64,000 nucleotides of DNA from Azolla caroliniana. Taxonomy: Eukaryota > Plantae > Polypodiophyta. Below are positions 39,301 to 52,600 of this stretch, one piece after another. The notes below the pieces were generated by a model. It was not told where the DNA came from, made no database searches, and worked only from the letters and a program-made list of their open reading frames with translations. Made by a program: the position numbers and the translations under genes. Location: positions 13,516,001 to 13,580,000 of the forward strand of contig JBHGNT010000006.1 of the NCBI GenBank assembly GCA_043228905.1, written 5' to 3'. Each line of letters opens with the position of its first letter. Position 1 is the first letter of the stretch.

Positions 39301-41956
39301 CAATTCCATTGTACAAGTTAGTCCATAAAACCCTCTCAAATCACGCAATTCCAGTTCTCTGGTCTCTATGCTAATCTGAGCCCTCTATAAACTTCTCTTT
39401 TGACACCCCATTCGTGAGGCTGTATACCCTTTATGCAGGCCGCTGTCTCAAATTCTATATTTTCAGTTTCTTATATTAGTGAATATATATTTTAATTGTC
39501 ATCAGAATTAATATGGCTTCTATTTGGTTTCCATTCCCATTATTGTCATGGCATATCACTCAAATTATCACAGGGGTCCCTGGATCTTACAGCTTCACGT
39601 GTTAGTGTGTATTGAATCAAACATTCCGAAGTTAGGGTCTGTGTATCCTGCTAAACATCCTCCTCTTTTTTTGTGAAAATAGCTGCACACAACTCCTTCA
39701 AAATGGATGCCCACTTCAGTGAAGAATACAAGTAATATGGATACAACGGCTACAGACAAGTGTCCCAATCCACCTGCTGAGAGACTATGTGAACCAAATC
39801 ACATTACGACTTGTGCCAAGGAGGGGTATCTCAAATTAATATAATGCTAGAGTAAAAAGGTAACTGCGCACAAAACAGATGCAAGCATGAGAGTGATTTC
39901 ACATTCTGTACATGTGCAACAGACACAATCATCACATGTATGATGCAGCACAGGAAGATCATAAACCTGAATTCACCCTAATTGGCATCACTCATATTAA
40001 ATTAGCTGATCAATTATACCCCATTATGATGTGCTCCCCACCAGCAGAGCAAAAATATATGTATCGATTCTGAATCCTCTAATCTAAAAGAAAACTCTCA
40101 ACTTTCCGGGAGGAGAGGATCGACAAGGAGGCTTTTTATGGTAGGATGGACAGGATTTTGTAATTTGTAGGAGAAGAAAGAGGCCGGAGGAGCATGCCCT
40201 ATAAAAACGGATCGTTAACATTGAAGGACAAGTTGATAGCACTCATAAATGCAGTTGGAGCAAGATCTCACCAATCTACATTGTACAATTCTACCCTGAA
40301 AGTGAGACTAGTCGCAATCTCCATGTTCTCATTCCTGATTCCACGAAATATACCAATCATACATCCCAAGAGCCTCCTAAGGAGGAGTTGATTGATTCAT
40401 CCATCCATCTAGGATAGATAAATTTTTCCAGCAAAGGCACTTTCTCAAGGTGTTATTGCTCTTTTGAATTAATCCTGAAACTGAATGAAACAATCTAGCT
40501 AGTGATATTCTTGTAAGCTGGATCTTCAAGGGACGGACTATCCTGTAAAAGCTTATGCTAAATAGGGCCTACCACTTGCTCATTGCAAGATGAGATGTGA
40601 GATACATTGAGCATACTCAATCATAATGAGCGCTAGCTCTTCCCCATTAGAAGAAAAAAATAAATCTAAACCATCATCATTGAAGTGCAACAGAACATAG
40701 ATATTGCAAGTTCACCTGTTCTTCAGTTATCTTGCGTAACGGTGAACCACCACCAATAGAAGCATAACCTTCCCTACTTTTTGGAGCTCTCATTGTTGAT
40801 ATAAACTTGGCCAAAGGTTGCTGCAGAAATCTAAGGAGTCGTGGAAGTCTAATGATGTCCTGCATTTATAATGTTTGTCATATAGCAATCAATCAATAAT
40901 TTCAAACAAGCTGAAAGTTTATCATCAACACTTACTGGGTCTGCAAACAAGTTATACAAGAACGGCTCCACATCATCAAGTGTTTCTGGCCCACCCAAAT
41001 TAAGGAGAAGGACACCAACATTCTCGTTCCTCAAGTTAGGAATTTCTGTTATACTATTTTTCTCCTTCTCATCTATGCTTTTTGCCAGCGCACAACTCAA
41101 AACCAACCTAAATCTGGATTTATATTCGGTTGCTAGCTTGCAACTGGCAAGTTGCAATTCCTTGTTGGTTCCAAAATGGTTTGAGTTTCTATTTTGATTT
41201 TTCTTCCAACAAGAAATGCTGCTCTTGCGTGACAAGCCACATATATGCTTGGATCTGTAGTCAGAAAGGAAAATCATAGATTCACTTCATGGTATATCAC
41301 TTCCAAAACTTAAACACGTGTTCGATGATAGTGATGAAAAGTACAGCTAATGCATGCGCTCCCAAAACCTAAACACATGCATTAACATTGAATAAAAATG
41401 ATGATGATAATTTTGGCTAAAATATACACTCCCTAACCCCAAACTCATGTATGAACATTGAACAATGATAATGATTCTGATGACAATGACTTCCAATGAA
41501 GCATAGTCTCTGAAACCCTAACTGTATGTACTGATAACTGATGGTGATGAACATAATGTTTGACGTTGGTGATGCACGCATATAATAAGTTCAGTAACAT
41601 GGAAAACTAACTGGTTTGTGGCAGCTGTTCATATTGACATCCCACAACATCAGATGTTCTTCCAATGATAATGATAATGGTGAGGACGCTCATCTCTCCT
41701 ATGATGATGAGGATGATGGATACGATAAGCCCAATTAGCAAGGACAATTTTCTTGTGGCAACAAAGCCTTCAGAATGGCGTTGCTTCTTTCTCCTTTGGT
41801 TTCCCCTCTTTGTACAATGATTACGATGATGATGATGATGATGATGATGATGAATATGACAGGTTTATCTAACATGGATGATTTTCTAGTGGGAACCAAA
41901 CGTTTCATATCAAAGTTGTTTTTATATCTTTCAGTGACAGATCTACCACAACAATC

Positions 41957-42003
<47 letters not shown>

Positions 42004-42273
42004 ATAATAAGTTCAACAAACAGGAATAACAAGTTTGTGGCAACCAAATATTCATAGCGATGTTGTTTATTTTATCCTTCAGTGTCTTCTCTTTCTATGA
42101 TGATGATGGTGATGATGGTGATGACGGTGATGGTGATGAGCATCGTGATTCGTGGTTATGTGAACGGATGATGATTATGACAATACGGTGACTACTTACT
42201 GATTTAGAGGTTGTGAGATCGGTCCTTGAACAGAGTTTGTGAAGCATCCAACCCTTCCTGAGTCTATTTGCAT
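33356..42273 (-). CDS. FC2: Ferrochelatase, plastid FC2 type with C-terminal CAB/LHC motif (~516 aa, 10 coding exons)
   Basis: Exons 42273-42200, 41254-40936, 40859-40716, 37635-37534, 36905-36802, 36724-36598, 36354-36202, 36091-35991, 35859-35658 and 33580-33356 (1551 nt). All introns are GT-AG with matching phases. Motifs [69 protein letters not shown] and the CAB motif [10 protein letters not shown]. The first exon is less certain. Confidence 0.95.
41825..42003. repeat. (ATG/CAT)n microsatellites in an FC2 intron
   Basis: Runs of ~9 and ~15 units at 41825..41852 and 41957..42003. Confidence 0.9.
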
Positions 42274-42459
42274 TCTGAAACAGAATTTCGAAACCTCACC
42301 CCAAACAAACAAGCTTTGGAACCTTCTGCACAAATATATATATGTATATATGTATATATGTATGTATGTATAAAATCAGAGGTTTTTTTCATAGAACCGT
42401 TTCTGAGATTTGGTTTAAAGGGTGAAGAAGCAAATGCATGGCTTAACTCGACTAAAAAC

Positions 42460-42600
42460 CCTGGAAAATGGTCGGGAAATGCGTCAGAAGAAAGCGCGAT
42501 AATGAGGAGGAGGAGGGCATGGGCATTGTTTGAGAGCTGCGCGAAGGTCGAAGACGAAGACGAAGACGCTGCGGGAAGGAAGAAATGCGGACTTTGGAAC
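42460..42600 (-). other. Probable 5' UTR exon of FC2
   Basis: CT-rich leader-like sequence ending CAGG|GT at 42460; acceptor TTTCAG just before 42274. The TSS is not defined. Confidence 0.5.
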
Positions 42601-43419
42601 AAATAAGATATTATTGTATTATTATTATTAGTCTCACAAAAAAGACGAAGAAGGGAAAGCCAGCCCCAGCCCCAGCCCCAGCCCTACACAAATTTTGCTT
42701 GGTCCATGTTGAACAAACACCACACCACCTCACAACATTTATACCCTCCTATGTATGTATATCTCTAATCTTTCATATACATATATATATATATATATAT
42801 GCTCTAATCAATACATATATTACGTCATTATTCTAAATCTACTTAAATGGTGGCACAAAAAAAGAGTGGTGCTCTTCACCTCTTGCCATGGGGGACGCAT
42901 ACCATACATAAACATGTATGTATGTCCGTTGGGCTTGAATTAGAGAGGAAGGGGTTTATCACATACTAATGGTTGGCAACATGGATATGTACACATAAGG
43001 ATTGATGCAATCATTTGCTTTGTGTCCGCACACTATGATTGAACGTTGCTTGCCTACTAACATGTCGATGCTCCCCTAGCCTTACAACACCATCCTCACC
43101 TCCACCTCGATCACCCGATTTCTCCACCCTCATCCCATGCCTTCCCCTCCCACCATCAATGTCTTCCAATCTCGTCCACTCTCTACACTCTCTTGACAAC
43201 ATCCACATATCCACTTCCCTTAGAGCCCTTTTCCTCTTCACTCCTGTACAATAAAGCTTGCCCAACAACTTGGCACAATGCATCCAAAGAGTGTGCACTC
43301 ATAATGTTGGGAGCATGTTAAGTGCCATGTCATACATAGCACTACTAACAAGGATATTGGCATTGATACCAACGATGTAAGTGTGAACCGAGAGAAAAGA
43401 ACACGAGAGAGAGAGAGAG

Positions 43420-46400
43420 TTATCTTTTTGCTAGGGCAAAAGGCAACCTTGTGCGTGATGCTTAATGGCAGAGTTACACCGAGCGTGTTTCTTACTAGAT
43501 CCGTGCGGCAAGGATGTCCACTTGGCACTAAGCCCATTGTTATTTGCTATTGTTACACATCCTTTGTTAGTAATGTTGTCTAATCTTGTGGCCAGTGGTG
43601 ATATTTTGGGTTTGCATCTTCCTTCCGGTGGACAATTGGTGACACGCATTGGCAAATGATTCTTTTATGTTTTTACAACCCTCAAAAGAAAATCTTGAAA
43701 GGAGTATGCAAGTTTGGGATCAATTTGCTTTGGCTTCATGGTTGTATATAAATTGGAGGAAGTCTCGCTTGATTTCTTGTACAGAGAGTGATTCAGAATG
43801 TTTAGGATGGCAAGGGTCAATGATTACACGAGGATCAATTTATCAACATTTGGGTTATCCGTTGGGTGTTGATGTTGCAAATGTTCAATTGATTGATTGG
43901 ATTGGGAGTAAATTGAAGGACAAATTTATGTATTGGAAGTCTCAAATATGGCCCTTTCATGTACGACTCAAAGTGGTGCAATGTATATTGATACCCATGT
44001 TATTATATTTTTTGCCTTTACTACCTTGGACTAAGAAGCCATTACAAAACATGTTACAACCTATTCGGTTCATGTTGTGGTGGAAGGGAAAAATGATGGG
44101 AGTTACATGGATTTCATGAGACCATTTGGCTACTCCTAAAAGGTTAGGTGGTGCAGCAATATTGGATTTGGAAATGCATTTGATGGCTCGTAGATTTGCA
44201 TTATTACGAGATATATGTCAACAAGATGAACCATGGATATCTATGATTGCAATATTTTATTGAGCATGAAGGATTGGTGTATGGGAAAACAAAGATTCAA
44301 GCATCCTAATGGTCATTACTGAATGGAAGTATTCCTCTAAAGATTCGACATTATGTATGTGGACAACATTTGGTAAGATCATGGTAAGATGCATTATCTC
44401 TTTTTGAATGGGAACCATCAAGTGATCAAGAATCTTGTAATTCATTACAAAATGAATTGCTTGTTTCTTCTTGAGTGTTGTTTTGGCATGGGAAAGAGAA
44501 GTTGAGATCTCAATTCAATTGTTTATTTCGATTGGGGATTGTACATTTGGAAGACGTGGTTGATAATTTATCTCAAAGGTTGTCAGAATTTGAAGATGCC
44601 AAGCGATGGTTATATATTCCCCCAAATTATGGATTTATTTGGGAGAAAATACAAGTATACCATTGTTGCAAGGATCTTTGCCATTGAAAACAAATGTTGC
44701 ACCTTGGGTGGATTGGCGGTTACAAGATGGTACATGCTTGTTACAGGTCACTACAAATGTATTATATCATCATGCAATGGCATCGTTATCTTGGCTATCT
44801 CTTGGAGCAATGAAGTTGTGGAATATATGTAAGTCGTGGTGGAAAATATTACAACGTGGTTGGCATTCCAATCTACCATTTTGTGCAAAGGTATTCATAT
44901 GGAGAGTCATGATTGGTGGGCTCCCATTAGGTTCGGCCTTAAAGAGACGAGGACTAGGGTTTGACACTCGTTTCTTTTTGCATTGTTCCATTGGAGGATA
45001 GTACACGTAGGTTCATTAAATGTCCTATAGCGTGTACCATTTTGAAGTACTTATCAAACATTTGGCAAGTTTTAACCCATTGTTGTTTGAAGACCTCAAC
45101 AATGGGTTTTTTCTCAATATGTTCAAAATGGTTCAAATGATGAGATGGAGATATTGTTCCAATTTTTACATTATTGGGGACTACAACACAATTGGAATAT
45201 GCGTTGTCGTGAAGATTTTCGGCAATGGTGTGAAAATCGCATAAAACATACGAAATTGAGTATGAATCATATAAAACAATAATAGTGAAAATACTATTTT
45301 AAATAAGTTTAATATCTTAGGACAAAAAGATGGAGGTCTTCAAGAGCTTTCGAATGCACTTTATTACATAATAAACGGACATCTAAGTCTCAAGTTATGT
45401 GGGTAGGAAGTTTGCAAAGGAAAAAGAGAAAGATAAAACTGTGAGATATCCCACATAGATAGGAAAAATAAGGATCTCACCTTATATAACACAAAGCTAA
45501 AGCTATTATCTTTGTGTTTATGTGTGGGGCATAGAGAGTTCATGGAGACTTGAATTAAGTTAATTAGATGAGTGGGTGTGGCCTAGCTACATGTAAAGGT
45601 TTTTGCCAACCAAAACCGGTGGCAACTAGCAGCAACCAATGATGGAACCGGCGACGAAGCCGGCTCACGGTGACCGGCAAGCGACTCGGGATGTGGACAG
45701 GCCGGACCAAACGGATACAAATCGGGCGGATCGGTTGATCGCGGTGCATGATGTCTTAAAGATATTTGGTCCAAAAGCCTAATAGTATTTTGTGCATAAA
45801 AGAAAAAGACTTAAGCAAGACTCAAACTTTGCACCTCCGAGATAAGAAGCAATAGGCTTACCATTAAGCCAAATCATTTCTTTAGGGATTATATATCATT
45901 ATAGCTTTACATGTAAATTTTCATATTAGAGCTTGATTGAGTGACATGTGATGCATGAACGCCAAATGGCAAACATGCATCATATGCATTCCATGCATTG
46001 TATGCATGTCTTGTACCTTCACATGCATCATATGCATGGGAGCATCTATAAAAGGGGGGATGAAAAAGATCAAAGGGAGCTTTGTGATATATATCAAAAT
46101 TAATATTAAGAAGAAAATTCGTTATCCAATTGATGTATTAATCTTGTTCTTCAAATCTAAAGTCAAGAGTTCAATCTTAATCTCTTTCTCAATCTAAAGT
46201 CAAGCGTTCTATCTTATCTCAATCTATCTTAAATCCTTTCTCGCTAAAGCTAGTGCGTACTTCGAGTCCTTCTGGTTCAGAACCCCGGCGGTTCCACCTC
46301 ACGATCCACACATAGTGACAGATCTTCACGACAACGTAATGCTTTCATGTTTGATAATAGACATGGAGTGAAAGCCTACATAAAGAAGTTGAAAGGTATT

Positions 46401-46470
46401 CTCATGTCGAATTTTTGGATGTTAAGAGCATTTGGGGGTCATTTCCTCAAATACATATTCAGGTTTTTTA
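43420..46470 (+). mobile_element. 5'-truncated, decayed L1-type LINE (RT and C-terminal region), interrupted by a solo LTR
   Basis: SVRQGCPL-SPLLF, LAND(S) in place of ADD, YQHLGYPL, KVFIWR, and WNMR|NAFMFD split across 45205..46333. Confidence 0.8.
45205..46333 (+). mobile_element. Solo LTR (1129 bp)
   Basis: Perfect 12-bp terminal IR TGTCGTGAAGAT / ATCTTCACGACA. Flanks GCGT / ACGT. TATA-like CTATAAAAG near 46046. The host LINE frame is restored on removal. Confidence 0.75.
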
Positions 46471-46569
46471 ATGGCATTATATGTCCCTCCCCCTACATAG
46501 GCATATGATAGGTAGAGGAGACTTTAACCAAGTGGATTTTACATACAATTAATATAATTGTGTGCTTTT

Positions 46570-46570
46570 A

Positions 46571-46606
<36 letters not shown>

Positions 46607-49600
46607 ATTATTGTTTTCGAAGGTCAAATATGACCTACGAGACTAAAAATATCACATTTCATGTGATACGTGTGAAAGTGAGTAGCGACTCTCGATGTTC
46701 AAGAACTTTGCCAATGAATGTTGCAATCGAGAGTGCACATTGTGGTTGTGAGAGAAATTCGTGGAAGGATTGGACTCGGTCAAAGAGATGTGGAAAACAT
46801 GGTCGAATATGATCAAAGGCAGAGCATTGTATCAAAGTGTGATACTCAAACTCTCGAACTTGTTTAGAGCAAAGTGTGCATAGTCGGCCACTGTCATCAC
46901 TTGTGCCCCAACGCCCCATCTCACATCGCAATGCATGTGAGCTAAGTCACATGGAAGCAATGGTTCGAATGGCAAATAACGGGATGCACTCTAACATGTA
47001 TCGATGTGTACGGTTTCCCCATTCCGCGAAGAATATGGTTTTGTAGTTAGGTGCAACATGTGTAGTATAATATGTGAAGTGTGAGACTCCACATTTGTCC
47101 CATGTCATGATACATTAGCGTTGCAAAAAGGCCTCATTTACTGAGGAATCTAGTGATGCATCATGAAACAAGTGTCTTGCATCCCATCTACCAAACCATT
47201 TTTCTATATCTTGCATCCAACCGAAACACAAAATTTTGCTTTTATGTGTCTTTTGGATCTTTTTGCTTGCTTCCCATGCAATTCTAGGAAGTCAATGTGA
47301 GGGACATTTTTGAACCTTAAGCATGTATTCAACAACCCTTTCCATGGCCATCTCAATGGGAAGCGATCCCGTCTCAAGGAGGAGGAAGGTATAGGGTGTT
47401 TGTTTCTGAACTTGTAGAAACTTTGTAAGAAAATGTTTTTGGACATTTTCAAACTCTTTCCACATAGATTTAGGGATGCTACCGCCCCATACTTCCACCC
47501 CATAGAGAAGAACTAGTGTCACCAAAGTGTCGAAAAGATATTTCTTGAGGACCTAACACTTAATATCTCCAAGGTTGCATGTGTTCTCAATGCATAGTAT
47601 GCTCGCTTACCCGCCTCTAAGCGGCATGTAGCACATTCATTCCATCTATGATTTGAAGGAACTTCAAGGCCAAGATATTTGAAGCTTTCCACACATTCAA
47701 GTGGCTCATTTTTGTACATAATGCATGGTTTATCTCTTTTTTGGCTCTTCACAAGCATAATCTTTGTTTTAGCGCTATTGACACTTCATTTAGTATGCAT
47801 GCAAATTTTTTCCAATGCCTTCATAAGCTTTTGTGCATCTCCTAAAGTATTTGCAAAAAGCACTACGTCATCCACATATAGCAAAAACATAATCACAACA
47901 TTCCCAATGGCAACTTCATCAACACATTCTTCCTTTACAAACTTGGTAACCATTTCTTCCAATTCATCAATGCATAGACCAAATAGTGCTGGTGAGAGTG
48001 GCCATCTTTGCTTAACACCAATAGTGCTATTGAAATAATCTCCAAGTCTATCTCTCATATGCACACAACATATAACCTTCTCATATATTCGGGAAATTGC
48101 AACCATATATTCACTTGGCACCTCAAGTTCTTCCATTCGCCTCCAAAGATGCTCACGAGGTACCATATCAAAAGCTTTCGTGAAGTCTACAAAGCAACAA
48201 TATAAACCTTTACCTCTAAGGCGACTTTCTTCCATTAATACTCGAAGGGTGATAAGGTGATCAATGGTGCTATGCTGTTTTCGAAAGCCAGCTTGTCCAT
48301 AAGCTTTCTTACCATTTTTTTCAGCCCATACACTTATCTTTGACATCCAAATAGGTTTGCCATTAATGAGCCAACCATGATGGTTCGATCATTGTTTACT
48401 GTTAAGAATCAAGCTCAACATAGTGCAACGTGTGAACACACCTCTTGAGAATCTATGATTACTCAAAGGTTAAGAGTCACACCACTACTCTCTACACATT
48501 AACTATGTGTCATAGAATCATATTCTATGACACATAACTAATGAGTTACATATTCCCCATGACTATGAGTCTTCATATTCCCTAAGAGAGAGAGTGGTTG
48601 TTGTAATTAGTTAATGAAGAGAGGGGGTGACTCTATATAAAGCACCCTCCTCATACTTCATATTAAGTTGGTTGTGACTCCTTGTAATGCTACATTTTTG
48701 TATCCCTTACTTTACTTGTGAATATACACCTTCTTCTTGAGTATTCCTTTTTCTATCTTGTATTCTCTCTTCTCTCCTCCAATTCCTCTCACACATACAC
48801 ATAACACACATCTCTTCCACCACACAAGAATCATACCCGATTCTTTACATGGTATCAGAGCGATTTGTAGCTCGATCTAGCCCACTCCCCTCAGATCGTG
48901 TGTTGTGCTCTACGCCAATGTTCAAGAAGAACTGGCTCATTGCTATTGTAGTACCACTACATAGCTCATGTTCGAGAGAGAAGGAAAAGAAGAAAGGAAG
49001 CTTCGTTGACAATGAATACTCAAATGGGGAGCGCTCTCCCTAGCGAGAAGCTAGATCGAAACAACTTTGCATCTTGGGAGTACAAGATGCACCAATACCT
49101 TGTCGGCCAAGGCTATTGGGGTTACATCAAAGGAGCACAAGAAAACCGACCCGACCCGAAAGACGCCGACTATGCAACGTGGGAGCAAGCGGCAAGCCGA
49201 GTGATGTATTGCTTGGCGACATGTGTTCACGACCACATACTCTGGTACATTCGAGAAGCTGAGACGCCAAAGGAAGCGTGGGAGAATCTACGAATGATTT
49301 TCGCCGCCAACACAACCGCGAGAAAGCTTCAACTCCACCAAGAGTTAAACAACATCCAACAAAGGGATATATATGTCCATCACAAGCTACACCTTGTAGA
49401 TCAAGGAGCTTTGCGAGTTGCTGGGTTCAATAAACATCAATGTGGACGATGATGAGACGGTGCAAATATGCCTCGGCGGCCTTGCACCACGGTTCGACGC
49501 GATGAGGACCACCGTACTAGCACGGGAGAATCCTCCCTCCTTCGACCTTCAATCCATGTTGTTGGTCAAAGAAAACCATGTTCGAACAAGGAGCAACGCC

Positions 49601-52600
49601 TTGGAAGGCCACATGCTTTACTCACACTCGAACGGAGGAAGAGGACGTGGCCGTGCAAGAAGAGGCCGATTTGGCCAAGGACGAGGCGGACGAGGCCCGA
49701 CTTACGAAAACAACTCGCAATTTCGGCATCAAGACGGAAGCCATCGAGGAACCTTTGGAAGAAGGGGGAGCTTCCATTCCGGTCTGAGTCGACAAAACTT
49801 AGTTGAATGCGGATATTGCGGAAAAAGCGATCACCATGAAGAAGAGTGCCGTAAGAAGATGCGCGAGTCGGCTTCCACTAGCCAACAACTCACCAATTAC
49901 GCCACCAACTCCGACTATGATGATCGTGGTGGAATGTTCATGATGAGACATAAAGCAAATTCTATGTCGACTTCTACTTCAACTAGTGCCTCCGGTTCGG
50001 AAGACGTATGGTTCGTCGACTCCGGTGCCTCGAACCATATGATGTCTCATCAAGAATGGTTCCGAGAACTTTGAGAGCCGGAACGACCCGGCTATGTTGA
50101 AACCGGAGATGACACTATGCATCCGATTCAAGATATCGGCAATGTCCCATTCGGCAAAGAAGGTAACCAAACTTTTATTAAAAATGTCCTGCATGTACCA
50201 ACCATTACAAAGAATTTGGTCTCCGCCGACCAAATTGTTGAGCAAGGGATGCAAGTACGATTTAATCAAGGTGGTTGCTTCATCGAAAAAGAAGGCCGAA
50301 TCATCACTCGTGGACGAAGAGAGGGCTGAATGTTCATTCTCGACTCACACGAGATGAAATCGGCCATGTTTGCAAAGGGCACGAAAGCTGATTCCAACAT
50401 AGAGTTATGGCACAAGCGGATTGGCCATATCAACCTCCAAAAGCTCAAGGCAATGTAATCTCAAGGAGTCGTCATCGGGCTCCTGACATTCAAGGAGAAA
50501 GAGATTGAAGGCATGTTTGCCGCTTGCCAATTCGGCAAGCAACATCGGCACCCATTTCCGAAGGAGCAGAACGTGAGCAAAGGCGTATTTGACATAATTC
50601 ATTCCGATGTATGGGGTCCGGTTCAGTTGGCTACATTTGGATGGGATGCCGATACTACGTGGCCTTCATTGACGACTTCTCCAGGCACACCTGGATCTAC
50701 CCTATGCGGCAACAGAGCGAAGTGTTCAGACACTTCCAAAAATTTAAGAATGAAGTTGAGAAAGCCACGTGCCGACATGTACGATGCCTTTGATCAAATG
50801 GAGGCAAGGAATATTTGTCGGATGAGTTTACGGCGTATCTACAAAAAGAAGGAATTCGGCGAGAGTTTTCGTGTCGACATATGCCACAACAAAACGGAGT
50901 GGCTGAACGAAAGAATCGGCACATCCTTGAAGTAGCACGGGCCATGATGAACGAAAAGCACGTGCCGAAGTTGTACTGGGCAGAAGCGGCTAACACGGCT
51001 GTATACCTCATGAATCGGTGTGCACGAACTTACTCCGTACGAGAAGTTTTTCAGAAAAAAGCCGAACCTATCACATGTTTGTATATTCGGCTCCATTGCG
51101 TGCATGCACATCCCCGACAAGAAGTGACAAAAGCTAGACCTGAAGTTAGAGAAATGTATCCTCATAGGATACTCACTAGAGAAAAAGGGGTACAAGTGCT
51201 ATAACCCCTCAACTCAAAAATCTCGAGTAAGTCGAGACGTAGTTTTCAACGAGTCCGCATCCTGGTACGCACCAGAGACAACTTCGGCTCTAATTCCGCT
51301 TGACCCGGAACCCGCCGAAATAGAGATTGAAGCCGAAGATCGGCTCATGCGCATGTTCGAAGAAAGCCCGATTATGATATGGCTTAGTGGACCACAAGAG
51401 CCTTTGAGCGATCAAAGCACATCTCGGCCGAGTCCGAAGCTAGACAAAGGGAAGGCGAAAATGCCAGAGTATGAAGACGATCACTTTGACGACAACGAAT
51501 CGACTCACTCCCTCGATAGTGAGTTCGAAGGCCTTGACATCCGGACAAATGGAGTGAAGAAAGCCTTAGTGTCCGCAAACGAGAAGCTCCGCCGATCCAC
51601 TCACGAAAAGAACCCCGTAAGCCGATTCGGCTACAACGATTATATGGCGTACCATTATGCCTTTATGATGAAGGTAGTGACAATATGGGAGCCGGAAACG
51701 TTTTCCGAAGCCGTGAAGTACCCCAGATGGGTTGAAGCGATGAATGAGGAGATCCAAGCACTCTCCAAAAATAAGACATGGGATCTTGTCCCCCACTTAC
51801 CACACAAGAAGGTGATCGGCTGCAGATGGATCTACAAAGTGAAGTATAACACCGAGGGCTCCGTAAACCGCTACAAAGCTCGACTCGTAGCGAAAGGATA
51901 CACACAAACAAATGGAGTCGACTATGAAGAGACATTTGCCCCTGTGGCAAAGATGACAATTGTGCGGACCGTAATTGCACTCGCAGTGGCAAAAGGGTGG
52001 CACCTCCATCAGATGGATGTAAAGAATGCCTTTCTTCAAGGCGAATTAGAAGAGGAAGTGTACATGGTACAACCACTCGACTTCCAATCGTGTACTCATC
52101 CGAAAGTCGTGTGCCGACTCAAGAAGCCACTCTACGGCCTGAAGCAAGCACCGCGTGCTTGGCATTCGAAGATTACGCAATATCTTCATCAAATCGGATT
52201 TCGAATGTCGAAATCCTACAACTCCCTCTACGTACGAAACGACTCTAGAAGCTCGATTGTCATCATCCTATACATGGATGATCTGGTCATTGGAGGTGAA
52301 AGTTTAGTCGACATCACCAAGGTGAAGTCCCTCCTCTCCAACAAATTCGAGATGACAGCCATGACGGAGCTTCATTACTTCCTAGACATCGAAGTAATTC
52401 GGATTCTGGCCGGCATTATGATCTCTCAACAGCACTAAATTTTCAATTTATTATACAAGTTCGGGATGACAGAGTGCAAATCTGTGGCAACCCCTCTCGA
52501 TTGAAACCTCAAACTAGATGCCGACTCCGGCATAGATGAGTGCGAGGCTCGAGCCAACTCATATCAACAACTAATTGGGAGCTTCATCTATCTCACGATC

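Noticed and set aside
37990-40460. Short ORFs in the long FC2 intron
   Set aside because: No convincing motifs. Possibly very old LINE debris, but not supportable by eye.
41735-42055. Poly-His/poly-Ile and poly-Met ORFs
   Set aside because: Translations of intronic (ATG)n microsatellites.
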